NCBI GenBank assembly: GCA_047150005.1
Contig: AP038806.1
Location: 2,208,001 to 2,272,000 of the forward strand
Direction: 5' to 3'
From: Nitrospira sp.
GTDB lineage: Bacteria; Nitrospirota; Nitrospiria; Nitrospirales; Nitrospiraceae
DNA: 64,000 bases
Made by a program: the position numbers and the translations under genes. Below are positions 60,278 to 64,000 of the stretch, piece after piece. Position 1 is the first letter of the stretch. Every line of letters starts with the position of its first letter. The notes below the pieces were generated by a model. The model was not told where the DNA came from. It saw only the letters and a list, made by a program, of their open reading frames with translations, and ran no database searches.

Positions 60278-61303
60278 ATGAAAATTGCGCTCGATGCGAT
60301 GGGGGGCGATCATGGCCCCGCTCCCTGTATCGAGGGCGCGCTGTCTGCCGCGCAGGATCTGAACGTGGATGTCGTCCTGGTCGGCGACGAAAAGGTCCTG
60401 GTGGAGGAATGCCGGCGTCTGGGCTGCACGGATGCCCGCCTCTCCATCAAACACGCGCCCCAGGTCGTCGAAATGCACGAGTCGCCGGCCGCCGTGGCCA
60501 GAAAGAAACGCGAGTCCTCGATCTGGATCGCGACGGAGTTGGTGAAAAGCGGCGAAGCCGACGCCGTCGTGAGCCCCGGCAATACCGGCGCCAGCATGGT
60601 GGCCTCGTTCTTTGTGCTGGGCCTGACCAAGGGGGTCGAGCGTCCGGCGATCGCCACGAGTCTGCCGACCCTGACCGGAGAGGCGATCATGCTGGACGTC
60701 GGAGCCAACGTCGACTGCACCGCCCAGCATTTGACTCAATTTGCCATCATGGGCAACGAATACGGTAAACACTTGTTCCGCAAGCCGAATCCGCGGGTCG
60801 GGCTCCTCAGCATCGGCGAAGAGGACGGCAAGGGCAATGAGGTCACGAAAGAAGCCTTCAGGATGCTGAAAGGGAGCGCACTGAACTTCGTCGGTAACGT
60901 TGAAGGACGGGACGTCTACAGCGGAAACGCGGACGTCGTGGTATGCGACGGATTTATCGGGAACGTCGCCCTCAAGATTTCCGAGGGTGTGGCGGACACG
61001 ATCAAGAAACTGCTGTTCAAGGAAATCTCCGGCTCCTTGTTGGGGCGGCTCGCGTACCCGCTGATCGCCTCGCCGCTTCGAAACCTGAAGCGCCGGATCG
61101 ACTACGCCGAGTTCGGCGGCGCGCCGCTTCTGGGCGTGAACGGCATCACGATGATTTGTCACGGCCGTTCATCCGCCAAAGCGATCAAGAACGCCATCCG
61201 GCGGGCAAAAGGACTGGCCGAGAGCCGGGTCGATGAGTTGATCCAGCGGGACATCGAAGAGAGCCTGGCGCAGAGCCGGTTGCCCGAGGAGCCGTCGGCG
61301 TGA
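60278..61303 (+). CDS. plsX: Phosphate acyltransferase PlsX
   Basis: IALDAMGGDHGP, GNTGA, LDVGAN, GEE..KG, GNVEG, DGFIGNV, HGRS. Confidence 0.97.
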   Translation: MKIALDAMGGDHGPAPCIEGALSAAQDLNVDVVLVGDEKVLVEECRRLGCTDARLSIKHAPQVVEMHESPAAVARKKRESSIWIATELVKSGEADAVVSPGNTGASMVASFFVLGLTKGVERPAIATSLPTLTGEAIMLDVGANVDCTAQHLTQFAIMGNEYGKHLFRKPNPRVGLLSIGEEDGKGNEVTKEAFRMLKGSALNFVGNVEGRDVYSGNADVVVCDGFIGNVALKISEGVADTIKKLLFKEISGSLLGRLAYPLIASPLRNLKRRIDYAEFGGAPLLGVNGITMICHGRSSAKAIKNAIRRAKGLAESRVDELIQRDIEESLAQSRLPEEPSA

Positions 61304-62274
61304 GGGCGCGCATTACAGGCACCGGTTCCTACGCGCCGCCGAAGGTGCTGACCAACCTCGATCTCGAAGCCATGGTGGCCACCTCGGATCAATGGATCAC
61401 TGAACGCACCGGCATTCGCGAACGGCGCGTTGCCGTACCGGGTGAAGCCTGTTCGGACCTGGCGGTCAAGGCGGCGGAGCAAGCCCTTCGTGCCGCCGGC
61501 GTTCGTGCCGAGGAACTCGACCTCATTCTGCTGGCCACCTGTACCGGCGACTATCCGCTTCCCGCCACGGCCTGTTTGGTTCAGCACCGGCTGGGGGCTA
61601 CGCGCGCGGCCGCCTGCGATCTCTCCGCCGCCTGTTGCGGATTCGTCTATGCATTGTCCGTTGCGGATGCCTACGTCCGAACCGGTATGCGACATGTCTT
61701 GGTGATCGGGTCGGAGGTCATGTCCGCCATTCTCGACTGGACCGACCGCAACACCTGTATTTTGTTCGGCGACGGAGCAGGCGCTGCGGTCATCAGCGGT
61801 GTTCACGGTGATGCCGGGATTCTCTCAACCCATCTCCATTCCGACGGCGGGTTGCACGAGTTGATCGCCGTGCCGGGGGGCGGATCCCGACTGCCGCTGT
61901 CCGAGAAGGTCGTCGCGGAGAAAATGAACTGTGTCAAGATGAAGGGCAACGAGACGTTCAAGGTCGCGGTACGCATGCTGGAAGAGATTGCCCGCGAGAC
62001 ATTGGCGGCGAACAAGCTCACGATCGATGCCGTCGATTTGTACGTTCCCCACCAAGCCAATGTCCGCATCTTGAACGCCGTGGCGGAACGTCTGGGACTT
62101 CCCCTCGAGAAGGTCATGTTGAACCTGGACCGCTACGGCAATACGTCCGCGGCGTCGATCCCCATTGCGCTCGACGAAGCGGTTCGGCAAGGCCGTATCA
62201 AGGACGGGTCGCTGGTGATGTTGGGCGCCTTCGGTGCGGGGCTGACCTGGGCGTCAGCCCTCATACGGTGGTAA
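61300..62274 (+). CDS. fabH: Beta-ketoacyl-ACP synthase III
   Basis: WITERTGI, AACCGF, FGDGAGA, PHQAN, GNTSAAS, FGAGLTW. Confidence 0.97.
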   Translation: MRARITGTGSYAPPKVLTNLDLEAMVATSDQWITERTGIRERRVAVPGEACSDLAVKAAEQALRAAGVRAEELDLILLATCTGDYPLPATACLVQHRLGATRAAACDLSAACCGFVYALSVADAYVRTGMRHVLVIGSEVMSAILDWTDRNTCILFGDGAGAAVISGVHGDAGILSTHLHSDGGLHELIAVPGGGSRLPLSEKVVAEKMNCVKMKGNETFKVAVRMLEEIARETLAANKLTIDAVDLYVPHQANVRILNAVAERLGLPLEKVMLNLDRYGNTSAASIPIALDEAVRQGRIKDGSLVMLGAFGAGLTWASALIRW

Positions 62275-62377
62275 TTCCCTGTTCAGGCCCGGAGCGGTTC
62301 CGAGAGGTGAGGACCGCGCACTCGGGGAACTTTTCCCGTTGACATTCCAAGGGATTTCTTAGATATCTAGTTTTCAT

Positions 62378-63313
62378 ATGACTGCAGGAATCGGATTGAT
62401 TTTCCCGGGCCAAGGGTCCCAGTCCGTCGGGATGGGAAAGGCGCTGTACGAAGCCTATCCCACGCTCAAACAGGTGTACGAAGAGGCTTCGTCGGTGTTG
62501 GGGTACGACGTCGCGGCGTTGTGTTTCGACGGACCGGCCGAACGGCTCAATCTAACCGAGCATACTCAGCCGGCGCTGCTGGTCAGCAGCATCGCCGCGC
62601 TTCAAGCCCTGGAACCGGCAGCCATCAAACCGGTCGCCGTGGCCGGTCACAGCTTGGGGGAATATTCTGCGCTCGTGGCGGCGGGGGGGCTTTCGTTTCG
62701 TGACGCGGTGGGTACTGTTCAGAAACGAGGCCAGTACATGTCGGAAGCGGTGGCGCCCGGCACCGGCTCGGTTGCCGCTCTGTTGGGGTTGAGCGCCGAT
62801 GCCGTGAAGGATGTCTGCCGCGAAGCCGCTTCGGTCGGTGTGGTCCAAGCCGCCAACTTTAATTCCCCCGGTCAAGTCGTGATCGCCGGTGCAAGAGCGG
62901 CGGTGGAGCGCGCCATCGAAATCGCCAAGGCGAAGGGGTGCAAAAAGGCCATTCCCTTGCCCGTCAGCGTGCCGGTCCACACGCCTTTGATGCAACCGGC
63001 CGCCGATCGGCTGGCCAGGGATCTTGCCGCGGTATCCTGGTCGGATCTGCGGGTTCCCCTGATCACGAATGCGGAAGTCAAGGCGCTGAAACGCGCGGCG
63101 GAGATCGCTCCGTCGCTCGTCCGGCAACTCCCGTCGTCGGTGCTGTGGGAAGATTCGGTCAGGGCGATGGCCGCAATGGGCGTCACGACGTTCGTGGAAG
63201 TCGGTCCCGGGACCGTGCTCACCGGATTGGTCAAGCGCATCGTGCCGGATGTGGTGACGATGAACGTCAATGATCCCAAGTCGTTGGAAGCTGCGGTTAC
63301 GGCGCTGCGATGA
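62378..63313 (+). CDS. fabD: Malonyl-CoA:ACP transacylase
   Basis: FPGQGSQ, TQPA, GHSLGEY, NFNSPGQ, EVGPG. Confidence 0.97.
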   Translation: MTAGIGLIFPGQGSQSVGMGKALYEAYPTLKQVYEEASSVLGYDVAALCFDGPAERLNLTEHTQPALLVSSIAALQALEPAAIKPVAVAGHSLGEYSALVAAGGLSFRDAVGTVQKRGQYMSEAVAPGTGSVAALLGLSADAVKDVCREAASVGVVQAANFNSPGQVVIAGARAAVERAIEIAKAKGCKKAIPLPVSVPVHTPLMQPAADRLARDLAAVSWSDLRVPLITNAEVKALKRAAEIAPSLVRQLPSSVLWEDSVRAMAAMGVTTFVEVGPGTVLTGLVKRIVPDVVTMNVNDPKSLEAAVTALR

Positions 63314-63370
63314 CGGAGGATCGACAGGGGGGATGGGTTCCCCCGTGTCCGTCGAAACGAAAGGAGCGGC

Positions 63371-64000
63371 ATGGCATCGTTGGAAGGTCGAGTGGCGGTC
63401 GTTACCGGCGGAGCCCAGGGAATCGGGCGAGCCATTGCGGAATCGTTGGCGACGGCGGGCGCGGATATCGTGGTGGCGGATCTCGATCCGGCCCGGTCAA
63501 AAGCGACGATCGCAGCGATCGAGCAGGCGGGCCGCAAGGCGCTCAATGTGAAAGTGAACGTTGCGGATGCCAACGACACGAAGGCCATGGCCGATCACGT
63601 GCTCAAAGAGTGGGGAAAGATCGACATCCTGGTCAACAACGCCGGAATCACGCGCGACGGATTGTTGCTGCGCATGAAGGAAGAAGACTGGAATCTGGTT
63701 CTCCAGGTGAATTTGACCGGAACGTTCAACTGCACAAAGGCGGTCTTGCAGCCGATGACCAAACAGCGTTATGGTCGCATCGTCAACATCGCCTCCATCG
63801 TCGGTGCCATGGGGAATGTCGGCCAGGCCAATTATGCCGCGTCGAAAGCGGCGGTGATTGGATTCAGCAAGACGGTCGCTCGTGAGTATGCCAGCCGCAA
63901 CATCACCGTCAATGCGGTGGCGCCCGGGTTCATCGACACGGCGATGACCCAAGGATTGTCGGCGGAGGTCAAGGACACTCTGCAGAAACAGATTCCTCTC
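63371..64000 (+). CDS. fabG: 3-oxoacyl-ACP reductase, 3' end runs off the window
   Basis: Manual translation from ATG 63371: VTGGAQGIG, LVNNAGITRD, GQANYAASK, VAPGFIDT. Confidence 0.96.
   Translation, partial: MASLEGRVAVVTGGAQGIGRAIAESLATAGADIVVADLDPARSKATIAAIEQAGRKALNVKVNVADANDTKAMADHVLKEWGKIDILVNNAGITRDGLLLRMKEEDWNLVLQVNLTGTFNCTKAVLQPMTKQRYGRIVNIASIVGAMGNVGQANYAASKAAVIGFSKTVAREYASRNITVNAVAPGFIDTAMTQGLSAEVKDTLQKQIPL

Noticed and set aside
62339..62378. Internal fabD promoter (TTGACA) with TAGATATCTA palindrome, possibly leaderless
   Set aside because: No convincing -10 at canonical spacing; too weak to call.

Overview
Bacterial chromosomal window with a visibly high GC content; gene content and order suggest Nitrospira (inference, not verified). 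The left ~19 kb is accessory-rich. It holds an RND efflux adaptor with a TetR regulator, an IS30-family element inserted into a ~155-bp MITE/REPIN-like palindromic repeat (an intact copy lies at ~19.1 kb), and four stand-alone PilZ genes. It also holds an apparently complete 2-aminoethylphosphonate (phosphonolipid) biosynthesis cluster: a PEP mutase-cytidylyltransferase fusion with a non-canonical active-site loop, a split phosphonopyruvate decarboxylase, AEP transaminase, cytidylyltransferase, CDP-alcohol phosphotransferase and flippase-like protein. An alpha/beta hydrolase, cstA, yajQ, a beta-propeller protein and a repeat-tailed secreted protein follow. The rest is mostly core genome: the dcw cluster (rsmH to ftsZ, no mraZ), pgeF-yggS-proC-yggT-divIVA, pilC-pilS-pilR, ispE-prs-rplY-pth-ychF, an inserted block (PagL-like gene, imuB-dnaE2 mutasome, Yip1), rpsF-ssb-rpsR and yceD-rpmF-plsX-fabH-fabD-fabG. 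No rRNA, tRNA or CRISPR array was recognised. All product calls come from motif recognition by eye; no database search was run.
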